The notes: generated from the letters alone by a model not told the origin. Positions 8,782 to 20,587 are shown, numbered from the stretch's first letter. The stretch: DNA of 61,805 nucleotides from Candidatus Limnocylindria bacterium (GCA_036004845.1 DASYRA010000003.1:1-61805); one strand, 5' to 3'. A program made the numbers and translations.

Positions 8782-10582
8782 TGGCCGACCGCGCGCTGGC
8801 CGCCGCCATCACCGAGCGCCTCGGCCCCGATGCGCTGCGCCGTCTGCGCTCGCTGCGCCGGCGCCTCTGGCTGCGGCGCAGCCTGCGGGTGGCCGCGATC
8901 GCGCTGGCCGCGGCGATCGGCGGCATCGCGCTGGTCCAGCTGGCCGCTCGGACCGTGGCCCTCGAGATCGCGCCGTGGCTGATGGCCGGTGTCGCTGCCG
9001 CGGCTCTCGTCGCGTGGGCGATCGCGAGCTTGCGACTGCGGCCGTCGCTGACCGATGCCGCGCGCGGCGCCGACGCCGAGCTGTCCCTTCGCGAGCGCCT
9101 CGGAACCGCCCTTGAGCTGGTCGTTGAGCCGGATCCAGAGGACCCCCTCGCCGCCGAGCTCGCGGCCCTTCAACTGGTCGACGCCCGCGCCCGGCTGGCA
9201 AGCGCCGACCTCCGCTCGGCGTTCCGACCGCGAATCGCACGACGCCCGATGGGGGCCGGCGGCATCCTCCTCGCCGTGCTGGTCGTGCTCGTCGCCTGGC
9301 CCAACCCGCAGGATGCGGTGCTTCGCGATCGCCAGGCTGCCCGCGACGCGAGCCGCGAGGTGGCCGAACGCATCGAGGAGGTGGCGCGAGAGGCCGAGAA
9401 GGAGGGTGCGGAGGCCCCCGATCCACGCCGCGACGCGCTGCTGGAGCAGCTGCGCCGGCTGGCGCGCCAGCTGCGCGAGGCTGGCGACGACCGGCAGGAC
9501 GTGCTGGCCAAGATCGGAGCGGTGCAGGAGCGGCTGGCGCGCCTGACGGACCCGCAGGCTGCGATGAAGGACGCCGGCCTGACCCAGCTTGCCGAGCAGA
9601 TCTCGAAGGCGGCCACCGGCAAGGAGGACGCCAATCCGGAGGGCGACGCGGAGCAGGCGGCGAAGGACCTCGAGGCCCTCAAGGACCAGATCAACAAGAT
9701 GAGCGGCGCGCAGGCCGCGGCGCGCGCCGAAGCCCTGCAGCGAGCCGCGCAGGGAGCCGCCGGGACGCAGCCGGAGCTCGCGGAGCGTCTGGCCGAGGCC
9801 GCGGACGCGCTCGAGAAGGCGGCCCGCACCGGCAATCGCCAGGATCAGCAGGCGGCAAAGGATGCACTGCAGCGCGCCGCCGATGCGACCCGTCAGTCCG
9901 AGCAGAACCGGCAGCTGCAGCGCACCGTCGCTCGCGCGCAGTCGGCCCTTCAGGACGGAGCGCGCCAGGTGGCCCGGGCCGGCCAGCCGCAGCCGGGTGC
10001 GTCGGGACAGCCGGGGTCATCCGGGCAGCCGCAGCCGGGCGCCTCCGGACAGCCTGGCGGGCAGCCAGGTGCATCGGGCCAGCCGGGCGGACAGCCAGGT
10101 GCATCGGGCCAGCCGGGTGGACAGCCGGGCGGGCAACCGGGCGGTCAGCCCGGGACGCAGCCGGGGACCCAGCCCGGGACGCAGCCCGGGACCCAGCCGG
10201 GAACCGGCGGGCAGCTCGGCGGAGGCGGCGGCACGACCGTGCGCCGCATCCCGGGCGGCGGTGTGCGCATCGGCTCATTCAACGGCCCCACCCTGGGCAA
10301 CAAGGACTACACGGTCTCCGGGCTGGACGACGTGTTCGCGCCCTTCGACCGCATCGGCCAGCCGGGCGACCCGAGCTACATCGCTGGCCAGGGCGGGGAC
10401 GGCGGGCAGGATCAGACCGGGAGCGGCAGCGGGGTCGGCTTCGACAACGACGCGCTGGTGCCGTACAGCTCGGTCCTCGACCTGTTCCGCCAGTTCGCCA
10501 ACTTCCAGCTCGATCGCCAGCAGGTGCCGATCACCCTGAAGGACCTGGTGCGCGACTACTTCTCCAGGCTTGAACCCACGGA

Positions 10583-10586
<4 letters not shown>
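8781..10586 (+). CDS. membrane-anchored coiled-coil protein with a Gln/Pro/Gly tandem repeat (DUF4175-like, unverified)
   Basis: 601 aa. TM helices VAAIALAAAIGGIALVQLAA, PWLMAGVAAAALVAWAIASL and GGILLAVLVVLVAW. A long Ala/Glu/Gln/Arg helical region is followed by GQPG/TQPG repeats. Its ATG shares one base with the previous TGA. Confidence 0.75.
9981..10232 (+). repeat. in-frame tandem repeat encoding (G/T)QPG(AS)-type units
   Basis: The 30-nt units 10062-10091 and 10092-10121 are 29/30 identical, and four 12-nt TQPG units follow (about 10149-10205). The peptide reads GQPQPGASGQPGSSGQPQPGASGQPGGQPGASGQPGGQPGASGQPGGQPGGQPGGQPGTQPGTQPGTQPGTQPGTGGQLGGGGG. Confidence 0.9.
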
Positions 10587-11608
<1,022 letters not shown>

Positions 11609-11614
11609 CCGGGG

Positions 11615-12532
11615 ATGACCGCGCCGGTCGCGCACGCCGCGGAGGCCGGTGCAGGCGCCGATCTCCTCTTCGACGAGGCGTTTCTGCGCCGCCTGGAGCA
11701 GCTCGAGCTCGCGTCGCGGCGCCTGACGGCCGGCCGCATGAAGGGCGAGCGCCGCTCGGTGCGTCGCGGCCAGAGCGTCGAGTTCGCCGACTATCGCAAC
11801 TACAGCGCCGGCGACGACCTGCGGCAGCTCGACTGGAACGTCTACGCCCGCCTCGAGCGGCTCTTCATCAAGCTCTTCGTCGAGGAAGAGGACGTCACTG
11901 TCCACGTCCTGGTCGATGGCAGCCGCAGCATGGATTTCGGTGAGCCCAACAAGCTGACATTCGCCCGCCGCGCCGCCGGCGCGCTCGCCTACCTGGGGCT
12001 GGCCCACCTCGACCGGGTCAGCGTCGCCTTCCTTGGCGAGGGGCGTGCCATCAACCTGCGACCGCTGCGTGGCAAGACACGCGTCTTCGAGGTTTTCCGC
12101 TTCCTCGCCGAGCCTCGCCGCGAACGGCTCACCGGCCTGGCGGCCGCCGCCCGAGACTACGCGGGCAAGCTCCGGGGCCGTGGCCCGCTGATCCTGGTCA
12201 GCGACCTGCTCGATCCGGGTTACCTCGAGGCGCTGCGCGACCTGGCCGGGACGCGCTGCCAGCTCTCGGTGCTCCACGTGCTGGCGCCGGAGGAGCTCGA
12301 CCCGGAGGTCCCCCCTGACGCGCGCCTGGTGGACAACGAGACCGGCCATGGGATCGAGGTGACCGGCGACGACGACCTCGTCGATCGCTATCGCACCCGC
12401 CTGCGCGAGTGGCAGGAAGAGCTGGCGGCGTTCTGCGCACGGCGAGGAGGCGCCTACGTCAGCGTCCCCTCGGATCTCGACCTCTCGGACCTGCTCTTCG
12501 ACGTGCTGCGCCGCAGAAGAGTCATCGAGTGA
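11615..12532 (+). CDS. DUF58-domain protein
   Basis: RRGQSVEFADYRNYSAGDDLRQLDWNVYARLERLFIKLFVEEED matches the DUF58 core motif. Confidence 0.85.
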   Translation: MTAPVAHAAEAGAGADLLFDEAFLRRLEQLELASRRLTAGRMKGERRSVRRGQSVEFADYRNYSAGDDLRQLDWNVYARLERLFIKLFVEEEDVTVHVLVDGSRSMDFGEPNKLTFARRAAGALAYLGLAHLDRVSVAFLGEGRAINLRPLRGKTRVFEVFRFLAEPRRERLTGLAAAARDYAGKLRGRGPLILVSDLLDPGYLEALRDLAGTRCQLSVLHVLAPEELDPEVPPDARLVDNETGHGIEVTGDDDLVDRYRTRLREWQEELAAFCARRGGAYVSVPSDLDLSDLLFDVLRRRRVIE

Positions 12533-12578
12533 CTGCGGCGCAGCTACCCGGTGAGGGGGCGGGCGGGCGGCCCATCCC

Positions 12579-14549
12579 GTGATTGCCCCGCTGGCCCTCA
12601 TCGGCCTCGTCAGCCTCCCGATCATCGTCGCGTACTACATGCTGCGGCTCCGCCGCCGCGACGTGCCGGTCGGCAGCACCTTCCTGTGGCAGCAGCTCGT
12701 GCGCGACGTCGAGGCCAACGCCCCGTGGCAGCGCCTCCGCTTCAGCTGGCTCCTCCTCCTCCAGCTGCTGATTGCGCTGGTGGCGGTCATCGCGGCGGCG
12801 CGCCCGTTCCTGACCGTCAGCTCCGACCTCGCCGCCAACGTAGTGCTGATCGTCGACACGTCGGCCTCGATGGGGACCGTCGAGGGCGAGTCCACCCGCA
12901 TGGCGCAGGCACAGGCCGCTGCGCGCCGCGTGATCGGGGAGCTGCCCGAGGGCGGCCATGTGACGGTGGTGGCGGCCGACGACTCCGCCCATGTGCTGGT
13001 CAGCGACACGGACGACCGCGCCGTCGCCCTGGCGGCGGTCGACCGGATCGTCGCGACCCAGCTGCCGGGCGACCTGACAGATGCCTTCGCGCTCGCCTCG
13101 GCGCTCGCCGCCCGCGACTCGGATTCGACCGTGGTGGTGGTGACCGATGCGAACGCCGACCGCCTGCCGGGCGTCGGCATCGGCGCACCCGTGCAGGTCG
13201 AGCGGGTCGGCGCGACCGACGGCAACCAGGCCGTGGCGGCGCTGTCGCTCCTGAGACGCTCCGGCGGGGCGCAGCTCGACCTGTTCGTCGCGGTCAGCAA
13301 CCCGTCGGGCGCGGATGTGACGCGGCGCCTGGAGATCTATGCCGACGATGTCCTCGTCGACGCGCGCGACCTGGCGATCCCGGCCGAGCAGCGCTCCGAG
13401 GCGCTCATCAGCAGCGTGCCGCAGTCCGCCAGGGTGGTCGAGGCGCGCCTGGCCGGGGAAGACGCGCTGGCGGTCGACGATCGGGCCTTCGCCCTCGTCC
13501 CCGCGGCGGGCGCGGTGCGTGCGCTCCTGGTGGGGCCTGGCAACACCTACCTCGAGAACGCCCTCGCCCTGCTCCCCCGCCTGGAGCTGTACGCGGTGGG
13601 GGCCGACGGCTATGCGGACGCGGTGGATGCCGCCGCCGAGGCGGGCACGCCGTACGGCATCGTCATCTTCGACCGCAACGTGCCGGCCGAGCCGCCCTCC
13701 GTGCCGGCGCTGTACGTGGGGCCGGGCGGCGACGGAGCGTTCGGCGAGGTCGGAGGTGTGCTGGACGGGCCGGTCCTGGACCGCACCGATCCGGCCGATC
13801 CGGTGCTGCGCTTCGTCGACCTCTCCGCGCTCCACATCGGCCGCGCGCGCGCCATCACCCTTGCCGACGGGATGCGCCCCGTCGTGGAGACCGTCGGCGG
13901 GGACCCGCTCGTGGCGACGGGACGGGTGAACGGCCGGGGAATCGGGCTCCTCTCCTTTGCTCTCGGCGACAGCGACCTGCCGCTCCAGGTGGCCTTTCCG
14001 TTGCTCATGAGCAACCTGGTCGACGCCCTGCTGCCGTCGAGCGACGGCATCCTGCCGCCCTCCGTCGAGCTTGGCCAGCCGATCGCCGTCAGCATCGACC
14101 CTGAAATCAGGCGCGTGGCGGCCGTCACGGTCGCGACCGGCGAACGCGTTGAGCTCGACGTGATCGGAGGCCGGCTGACGGTGCCCGGCCCCCGGGTCAC
14201 CGGCCTGGTCGACCTGCGGGTGGTCGACGACGGAACGGGTCAGGCCGGCGACTCACTCGGACGGACCGCGGCCAACCTCTTTGATCCGGGTGAGTCGCGG
14301 GTGACCCCCGGCGACCCTGCCCGCATCACCGACCTGGGTCGGGTCGATCCGGCCACGGGCGGCGATGGCCTGACCGCGCGATCCGAGTGGTGGTGGCCGC
14401 TGGCGCTGGTGGGGCTTGCCCTGCTGCTGGTCGAGTGGTTCCTCTTCCATCGCCCGACCCGGCGCACCGTCTCCCGGCTCCTGCGCCGCGGCAGGCCGTC
14501 GGCCCCGACCCGTCCCAGCGCCTCGCGCGCAGGCAGCGGCTCGCCGTGA
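12579..14549 (+). CDS. BatA-type protein: N-terminal double-TM aerotolerance domain + VWA domain + C-terminal TM helix
   Basis: MIAPLALIGLVSLPIIVAYYMLRLRRRDVPVGSTFLWQQL (BatA_N-like). MIDAS motif VVLIVDTSASMG. C-terminal WWWPLALVGLALLLVEWFLF. GTG start. Confidence 0.85.
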   Translation: MIAPLALIGLVSLPIIVAYYMLRLRRRDVPVGSTFLWQQLVRDVEANAPWQRLRFSWLLLLQLLIALVAVIAAARPFLTVSSDLAANVVLIVDTSASMGTVEGESTRMAQAQAAARRVIGELPEGGHVTVVAADDSAHVLVSDTDDRAVALAAVDRIVATQLPGDLTDAFALASALAARDSDSTVVVVTDANADRLPGVGIGAPVQVERVGATDGNQAVAALSLLRRSGGAQLDLFVAVSNPSGADVTRRLEIYADDVLVDARDLAIPAEQRSEALISSVPQSARVVEARLAGEDALAVDDRAFALVPAAGAVRALLVGPGNTYLENALALLPRLELYAVGADGYADAVDAAAEAGTPYGIVIFDRNVPAEPPSVPALYVGPGGDGAFGEVGGVLDGPVLDRTDPADPVLRFVDLSALHIGRARAITLADGMRPVVETVGGDPLVATGRVNGRGIGLLSFALGDSDLPLQVAFPLLMSNLVDALLPSSDGILPPSVELGQPIAVSIDPEIRRVAAVTVATGERVELDVIGGRLTVPGPRVTGLVDLRVVDDGTGQAGDSLGRTAANLFDPGESRVTPGDPARITDLGRVDPATGGDGLTARSEWWWPLALVGLALLLVEWFLFHRPTRRTVSRLLRRGRPSAPTRPSASRAGSGSP

Positions 14550-17446
14550 TCCCCGTCGCCTTCACCGACCCCATCTGGCTGTGGCTGCTGCTTCCGGCGA
14601 CGCTGCTGGTGATCGGCGGCTGGTGGGCCGCGTCGCGTACCTTGCCGCCCGCCCGCCGGGTGGCCTCGCTCGTCATCCGCCTCGCGTTGGTTGCCTGCAT
14701 CGTGTTCTCGCTGGCCGGCGCTCGGCTCGCCCTCCGATCCGATCGGCTGTCAGTCGTCTTCCTGGTCGACGCTTCCGCCTCGATGCTGGACGCAAGTCGC
14801 GAGGAGCTGCTCGCGTTCGCCCGGGAGGCCGTCAGCCAGATCCCCGAGGGAGACACCGCGGGCGTGGTCGTCTTTGGCGCCAACGCGCTCGTCGATCGGC
14901 TGCCGTCCGACCTCGACGAGCTCCAGGCTCCGGCCTCGGTGCCCGTCGTCAGCGCCACCGACATCGCTGCGGCGGTGCGGCTCGGGACGGCCATCTTCCC
15001 GGCCGGCACCCAGCAGCGCCTCGTGCTCCTCTCCGACGGCAACGACACCAGCGGCCAGGCGGAGGAGGCGATCCTGTCGGCGGCCCAGCACGGCGTGCGG
15101 CTGGACGTGGTGCTGCCGGGTGGCGAGACGTATCCCGAAGCGCTGGTCGATGGGGTCGATGCGCCCTCCGGCGCACGAGTCGGCGAGACGGTTGAGCTGC
15201 AGGTTCGTGTGCGCTCGACCATCGAGACGGCGGCCACCCTCCGCCTGCTGGCGGATGGCGCCACGGTCGCGACGCGCCAGCTGTCGCTCAAGCCCGGCAC
15301 GACCACGGTCTCGTTCAGCATCAGGGCGGACGAGCCCGGCTTCCACGTCTTTCGCGCGGTGCTGGAACCACGCTCCGACCACTTCAGCGAGAACAACGCG
15401 GCCGATGCCTACGTGCTGGTCACCGGCGAGCCACAGGTGCTGGTCGCCACCGACGACCCGGCTCGCGCCGCCGACCTGGTCGAGGCCCTGACCACCGCCC
15501 GCCAGCAGGTGACCGTCGTCCCCGCCGGCGGCGTTCCCTCGTCGATCGCCACCCTCGCCGGCTACGACGCGGTCGTGCTCGACAACGTCTCCGCGGCCGA
15601 GCTGGGCGCCGCCGCCATGGCCAGCCTGCAGGTCTACGTGCGCGACCTCGGCAAGGGGCTGGTGATGCTCGGTGGCCGAAGCAGCTACGGCGCCGGCGGC
15701 TACCTCAACTCGGTCCTCGAGGAGGTGCTGCCGGTGTACATGACGGTGCGCGATCGGGAGCGGTCGCCGGACGTGGCGCTGGTGGCGGTGATCGACAAGA
15801 GCGGCAGCATGGCCGACTGCCACTGCACCAGCGACAACCGCGGCACCGCCACCAGCGGGACCCGCGGCTTCGAGAAGGTGGACATCGCCAAGGAGGCGAT
15901 CCTGCGCGCGGCCGATGCGCTCTCGCCCACCGACCAGCTCGGCGTGGTGGCCTTCGACCAGGGAGCCCACTGGGCCGTGCGCACCGGCCCGATCGACCTG
16001 GCCAGCCTCCAGAACTCGCTCGGCTTTCGCGCCGACGGGCAGACCAACATCTTCGCGGGCCTGAAGGCGGCCTACGACGACCTGATCCGCAACCCCGCCA
16101 AGCTGCGGCACATCATCCTGATCACCGATGGCTGGAGCCAGTCGGGGGCGTATGACCAGCTGCTGGCCGACATGAAGGCGGCGGGGATCACCCTCTCCAC
16201 CATCGGCACCGGCGGCGGATCGGCGCAGATCCTCCGCACCCTGGCGGAGGAGTCCGGCGGGCGCTACTACGAGGCCGACGACGCGACCCGCATCCCCGAC
16301 ATCTTCCTGAAGGAGACGATCCGGACCGCCGGTGAGCAGATCGTCGAGGAGCCGTTCCAGCCGGTCCCGTCCGCGCCGTCCGACATCCTGCGCGGCCTCG
16401 ATCCCGGGCGCCTCCCCGCGCTCCTCGGCTACAACGCGACCACCGCCAAGGGAACCGCGACGGTGGCCCTCCTCACCGGCCGTGACGATCCGCTGCTGGC
16501 GCAGTGGCAATACGGGCTGGGGCGCTCGGTGGCATGGACCAGCGACGCCAGGCAGCAGTGGGCCACGCCCTGGATCGGCACGGAGGCCTTCGGCACGCTG
16601 GCAGCCCAGCTGGTGGCCTGGACTCTGCCACCGCAGGACGAGCAGGGCATCGACGTGCAGTTCTCGCCCGGGCGCGACGGCGAGCTGAACGTCGAGGTCA
16701 CCTCTCTCGACGACGACGGCGCGCCCCGCAACTTCTACCGAACGGTGCTGCGCCTCGTGGCGCCGGACCTGGCACCCCTCCAGACAACGCTGACCCAGGT
16801 CGGACCGGGCCGGTATGCGGGCACGGTGCGCGCCGATCAGCCCGGCGCCTACCTCGTCCGCGTCGCCCAGACCCGCGAGGGGGCGGATGCGGCGAATCGC
16901 ACGCTGGGGGTCGTCTCTCCCGCCGCCGAGGAGTTCCGCCGGCTGGGGGTCGACAGCGAGGCGCTGGCCGGCTACGCCGCCGCCGGGCGGGGACGCCAGA
17001 TCGAGCTCGACCCCGCGGATCCAGACGTCGCCAGGCAGGTCTGGAGCCACGACATCGCGGCCGCCGCCTTCCCCACTCCGATCTGGCCCTGGCTGCTCCT
17101 GCTGGCGATGATCCTGGTCCCGATCGACATCGGGGTGCGCCGTGTCGCGCTGACCCGCGGCGACCTCATCCGGGCCCGAGGCTGGGTCGCTCGGCGCGTG
17201 GGCCTGGGCAAGCCGACGCCAGAGATCGTCCCCGGGCTCGCCGAGCTGCGAGCGGCGAAGGGCCGCAGCGAGCGTCGCGCCGACCGCGCGGCCCGACCCA
17301 AGCCCGAGGCGCGGGCCGCGCCGGCGACTCCCCAAGCCGCAGCGCCGGAATCCGCGCCGGTTGCAGAGCCCGAACCGCCGACCGAGTCAGCCGCCGCCGG
17401 CGAGACGCTCGCCGAACGGCTCGCGCGCCGGCGGCGGGGCGCCTAG
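14546..17446 (+). CDS. 966-aa membrane protein with two VWA domains flanking a GATase1-like module (BatB-like)
   Basis: The start is set at the GTG at 14546 (GTGA overlap with the upstream stop); the track ORF 14387.. is extended upstream. N-terminus DPIWLWLLLPATLLVIGGWW. MIDAS motifs VVFLVDASASM and VAVIDKSGSMAD. YDAVVLDNV...GKGLVMLGG. C-terminal TM PIWPWLLLLAMILVPIDIGV. Confidence 0.8.
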   Translation: MIPVAFTDPIWLWLLLPATLLVIGGWWAASRTLPPARRVASLVIRLALVACIVFSLAGARLALRSDRLSVVFLVDASASMLDASREELLAFAREAVSQIPEGDTAGVVVFGANALVDRLPSDLDELQAPASVPVVSATDIAAAVRLGTAIFPAGTQQRLVLLSDGNDTSGQAEEAILSAAQHGVRLDVVLPGGETYPEALVDGVDAPSGARVGETVELQVRVRSTIETAATLRLLADGATVATRQLSLKPGTTTVSFSIRADEPGFHVFRAVLEPRSDHFSENNAADAYVLVTGEPQVLVATDDPARAADLVEALTTARQQVTVVPAGGVPSSIATLAGYDAVVLDNVSAAELGAAAMASLQVYVRDLGKGLVMLGGRSSYGAGGYLNSVLEEVLPVYMTVRDRERSPDVALVAVIDKSGSMADCHCTSDNRGTATSGTRGFEKVDIAKEAILRAADALSPTDQLGVVAFDQGAHWAVRTGPIDLASLQNSLGFRADGQTNIFAGLKAAYDDLIRNPAKLRHIILITDGWSQSGAYDQLLADMKAAGITLSTIGTGGGSAQILRTLAEESGGRYYEADDATRIPDIFLKETIRTAGEQIVEEPFQPVPSAPSDILRGLDPGRLPALLGYNATTAKGTATVALLTGRDDPLLAQWQYGLGRSVAWTSDARQQWATPWIGTEAFGTLAAQLVAWTLPPQDEQGIDVQFSPGRDGELNVEVTSLDDDGAPRNFYRTVLRLVAPDLAPLQTTLTQVGPGRYAGTVRADQPGAYLVRVAQTREGADAANRTLGVVSPAAEEFRRLGVDSEALAGYAAAGRGRQIELDPADPDVARQVWSHDIAAAAFPTPIWPWLLLLAMILVPIDIGVRRVALTRGDLIRARGWVARRVGLGKPTPEIVPGLAELRAAKGRSERRADRAARPKPEARAAPATPQAAAPESAPVAEPEPPTESAAAGETLAERLARRRRGA

Positions 17447-19410
17447 CCCCCGCGCAGGACCCGGATCGGCTCCAGGGTCGACGCGTCATCGAGCGAGCTG
17501 CTGTCACCGGGCTCGAGCCCCAGGTAGGCGGCGCGGGCCAGGCGCCGCAGGATCTTGCCGTTGCGCGTCTTTGGCAGGCCCGGGACGAGGTGCACCGCTC
17601 CCGGCCTGAACGACTTGCCGAGGTGCTCGACCACGGTCTCGCCGATGTCCGCCGCCAGCCGGTCCCTCGCATCGGCGTCGGGGGGCACCACCGCGAAGAC
17701 CACAATCGTCTCCCCCTTGATCTCGTCGGGCACGCCGACCGCCAGCGCCTCGATCACCAGGGGATGGGCCACGGCCGCCGACTCGACCTCGGCCGGACCG
17801 ATCCGCTTTCCCGCCACCTTGATCGTGTCGTCCGAGCGGCCGGTGATGTACCAGAACCCGGCGTCATCGATGCGGGCCCAGTCGCCATGCACCCAGACCC
17901 CCGGCAGGCGGCTCCAGTACGCCTCCAGGTATCGCTCCCGGTCATGCCAGAAGCCCTGGGTCATCCCCGGCCACGGCTGCCGGATGACCAGCTCACCGAC
18001 CTCCCCGCGCAGCGGCCGGCCGTCCGCGTCCACCACGTCCGCCGCCATGCCGGGAGACGGCCCGGAGAAGGAGCAGGGGGCGATCGGCGAGAGCGTGGTG
18101 CAGCCCAGGATTCCGCCGCTGATCTCCGTCCCGCCGGAGTAGTTGATGATCGGCAGCCGCTCGCCACCGACCTCGCGGAAGAGCCACCACCACGGGTCGG
18201 GGTTCCATGGCTCGCCGGTGGAGCCGAGCACCAGCAGAGAGGATAGGTCGTGCCCCTGCACCGGCCCGTCGCCGTGGGTCATCAGGGCGCGCACCAGGGT
18301 GGGGCTGATCCCCAGGTGCGTGATGTGGTGACGCTCGACCAGGGCCCACAGCCGATCGGGGCCGGGGTAATCCGGCGTCCCTTCGTAGATGAAGAGCGTC
18401 GCGCCCAGCATCGGCGCCCCGGCGACTGCCCACGGACCCATCATCCAGCCCATGTCGGTGAACCAGAAGAGGGTGTCTCCGGCCTGGAGGTCGAAGCCGT
18501 GGGCCAGGTCCACCGCCGCCTTGATCGGGAATCCGGCGTGGACGTGCAAGGCTCCCTTCGGCCGGCCGGTGGTCCCCGAGGTGTAGATGATCATGAACGG
18601 GTCGTTGGCGTCGGTGGCTTCCGTCTCCAGGGGCTCACCCGAGGCCGATGTCACGGCCGCGTCCCACCAGACGTCGCGATCCTCGTTCCAGGCGACGTCG
18701 GCCCCGGTGTGGCGTACGACCAGGCAGCGCTCGACCGACGGAGCCCGTCCCAGCGCCTCGTCGGCGGTCGCCTTCATCGGCACCGGCTTGCCGCGACGGG
18801 CGAACCCGTCGGCGGTGATGAGCAGGCGGGCCTCGCAATCCGCCAGGCGGCTGGCGACCGCATCGGCCCCGTAGCCGGAGAAGATCGGCGAATAGATCGC
18901 CCCGAGCTTGCCGACGGCAAGGACCGCGATCACCGCTTCGGGGATCATCGGGAGGTAGATGCCAACGCGATCGCCGCGCCCCACGCCCAGCGCGGCGATG
19001 GCCCGCGCCGCCCGATCGACCGCCCAGCGCAGCTGCGCCCGGGTGAAGCGGCGCACCTCGCCGTCCTCGCCCTCCCAGACGAGCGCCATCTCGTCCGGCC
19101 GCGCCGCGGCGGGCTCGTCGAGCGCCATGCGCACGTAGTTGAAGCCGGCGCCGCCGAACCAGCGGGCCCATTCGATCCCCCGCGTGGTGTCAAGGACGGT
19201 GCCCGGCTCGGGGTCGAAGCGGACGCCGATGTCGGCCGCTGCGGATTGCCAGAACCAGGTCGGGTCGGCGACCGCGCGCGCCTGGAGCGCCTCGAGGTCG
19301 TCGCAACCGCTGGCGCGCAGGAATCGGGCCAGGCGGCTCCGCTCCAGGTAGGCCGGCGAGGGCCGCCAGGCGGCGGCGTCGGTATCGGTCCCGAACAGCG
19401 GGCCGTTCAC
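17443..19410 (-). CDS. AMP-forming acyl-CoA synthetase (Acs/AacS family)
   Basis: 655 aa. IIYTSGTTGRPKG. WVHGDWARIDDAGFWYITGRSDDTIKVAGKRIGPAEVE. C-terminal LPKTRNGKILRR. Confidence 0.9.
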   Translation of the reverse strand: MNGPLFGTDTDAAAWRPSPAYLERSRLARFLRASGCDDLEALQARAVADPTWFWQSAAADIGVRFDPEPGTVLDTTRGIEWARWFGGAGFNYVRMALDEPAAARPDEMALVWEGEDGEVRRFTRAQLRWAVDRAARAIAALGVGRGDRVGIYLPMIPEAVIAVLAVGKLGAIYSPIFSGYGADAVASRLADCEARLLITADGFARRGKPVPMKATADEALGRAPSVERCLVVRHTGADVAWNEDRDVWWDAAVTSASGEPLETEATDANDPFMIIYTSGTTGRPKGALHVHAGFPIKAAVDLAHGFDLQAGDTLFWFTDMGWMMGPWAVAGAPMLGATLFIYEGTPDYPGPDRLWALVERHHITHLGISPTLVRALMTHGDGPVQGHDLSSLLVLGSTGEPWNPDPWWWLFREVGGERLPIINYSGGTEISGGILGCTTLSPIAPCSFSGPSPGMAADVVDADGRPLRGEVGELVIRQPWPGMTQGFWHDRERYLEAYWSRLPGVWVHGDWARIDDAGFWYITGRSDDTIKVAGKRIGPAEVESAAVAHPLVIEALAVGVPDEIKGETIVVFAVVPPDADARDRLAADIGETVVEHLGKSFRPGAVHLVPGLPKTRNGKILRRLARAAYLGLEPGDSSSLDDASTLEPIRVLRGG

Positions 19411-20558
19411 ATTGCGCGCACGCCGAGCAGGTTGCGCGCGATGACCATGCGCTGGATCTCGCTGGTCCCCTCGCCGATCTCGGTCAGCTTCGCGTCGCGC
19501 AGGTAACGCTCGACCTTGTACTCGGTCACGTAGCCGTAGCCGCCGTGCACCTGGAGCGCATCATTGGTGACCTGGCGTGCCACCTCGCTGGCGAACAGCT
19601 TCGCCATCGCCGCCTCGGTCGAGTATGGCTCGCCGCGGTCCTTCAGCCACGCGGCGCGGTAGACGAGGAGGCGCGCCGCTTCGATCTGGGTGGCCATGTC
19701 GGCAATCTTGAAGGCGATCCCCTGGAAGGAGGCGATCGGCCGCCCAAACTGCTGACGCTCCTTGGCGTACGCGGAGGCCGCCTCGTACGCCGCCTGGGCG
19801 ATTCCCAGCGCCATGGCGCCGATCCCGATCCGGCCCCCGTCGAGCGTCTTCAGGAAGAGCCGATCGCCCTCCCCCTCCTCCCCGAGCAGGTTGGACACCG
19901 GAATCCGGCACTCGTCGAAGAGCAGCTCCCCGGTGTTGCTGGCATGGAGGCCCATCTTCTCCTCCATGCGACCGATGGAGAAGCCCGGCGTCCCCGCCTC
20001 GACGATGAAGGCGCTGATCTTGCCGGAGTCGGCGTTGCGGTCGGTGACCGCGGTGACGATGTACGTCTCCGCCACCCCGGCGTTGGTGATGAAGCGCTTG
20101 CTACCGGAGAGCACCCACTCGTCGCCGTCCCGATGGGCCCGTGTCCGCGTCCCGCGCGAGTCGGAGCCGGCACCCGCCTCGGTGAGGCCATAGGCGCCGA
20201 GCTTGGCGCCGCTGGCCAGCGGTCGAAGGAAGCGCTCCTGCTGCTCGGGGTTGCCGGCGGTGAAGAGCGGCGCGCAGCCGAGGCTGGTGTGGGCGCTGAC
20301 GATGATCCCCACGCTGCCGGAGACCCGTGACAGCTCCTCGATCGTGATCGCATAGGCCAGGGTGTCCAGCCCGGTGCCGCCCACCTCCTCGGGGTAGGGC
20401 ACGCCCAGCAGCCCGAGTCCGGCCGCCTTGCGGATGATCTCGGTGGGGAACTCGCCGCGACGCTCCATCTCATCGGCGACGGGGAGGATTTCACGCTCGG
20501 CGAAGTCGCGAACCGTGCGCCGAATCTCGGTGTGAGGCGCGGAGAGAGCGAAGTCCAT
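19407..20558 (-). CDS. acyl-CoA dehydrogenase (short/branched-chain type)
   Basis: Start at MDFALS (ATG 20556-20558). GAYGLTEAGAGSD. HGGYGYVTEYKVERYLRDAKLTEIGEGTSEIQR. The stop overlaps the GTG of the synthetase gene (GTGA). Confidence 0.92.
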   Translation of the reverse strand: MDFALSAPHTEIRRTVRDFAEREILPVADEMERRGEFPTEIIRKAAGLGLLGVPYPEEVGGTGLDTLAYAITIEELSRVSGSVGIIVSAHTSLGCAPLFTAGNPEQQERFLRPLASGAKLGAYGLTEAGAGSDSRGTRTRAHRDGDEWVLSGSKRFITNAGVAETYIVTAVTDRNADSGKISAFIVEAGTPGFSIGRMEEKMGLHASNTGELLFDECRIPVSNLLGEEGEGDRLFLKTLDGGRIGIGAMALGIAQAAYEAASAYAKERQQFGRPIASFQGIAFKIADMATQIEAARLLVYRAAWLKDRGEPYSTEAAMAKLFASEVARQVTNDALQVHGGYGYVTEYKVERYLRDAKLTEIGEGTSEIQRMVIARNLLGVRAM

Positions 20559-20587
20559 CGGTCGGGCGAGTCTAGCAGCCCGGCACG

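Noticed and set aside
9981-10232. Short tandem repeats that could be mistaken for a CRISPR-like or minisatellite locus, or for a collagen-like (GXY)n tract.
   Set aside because: The units are contiguous with no spacers and lie in frame inside a CDS. The period is 4-10 residues (GQPG/TQPG/GQPGAS), not a strict Gly-X-Y triplet.
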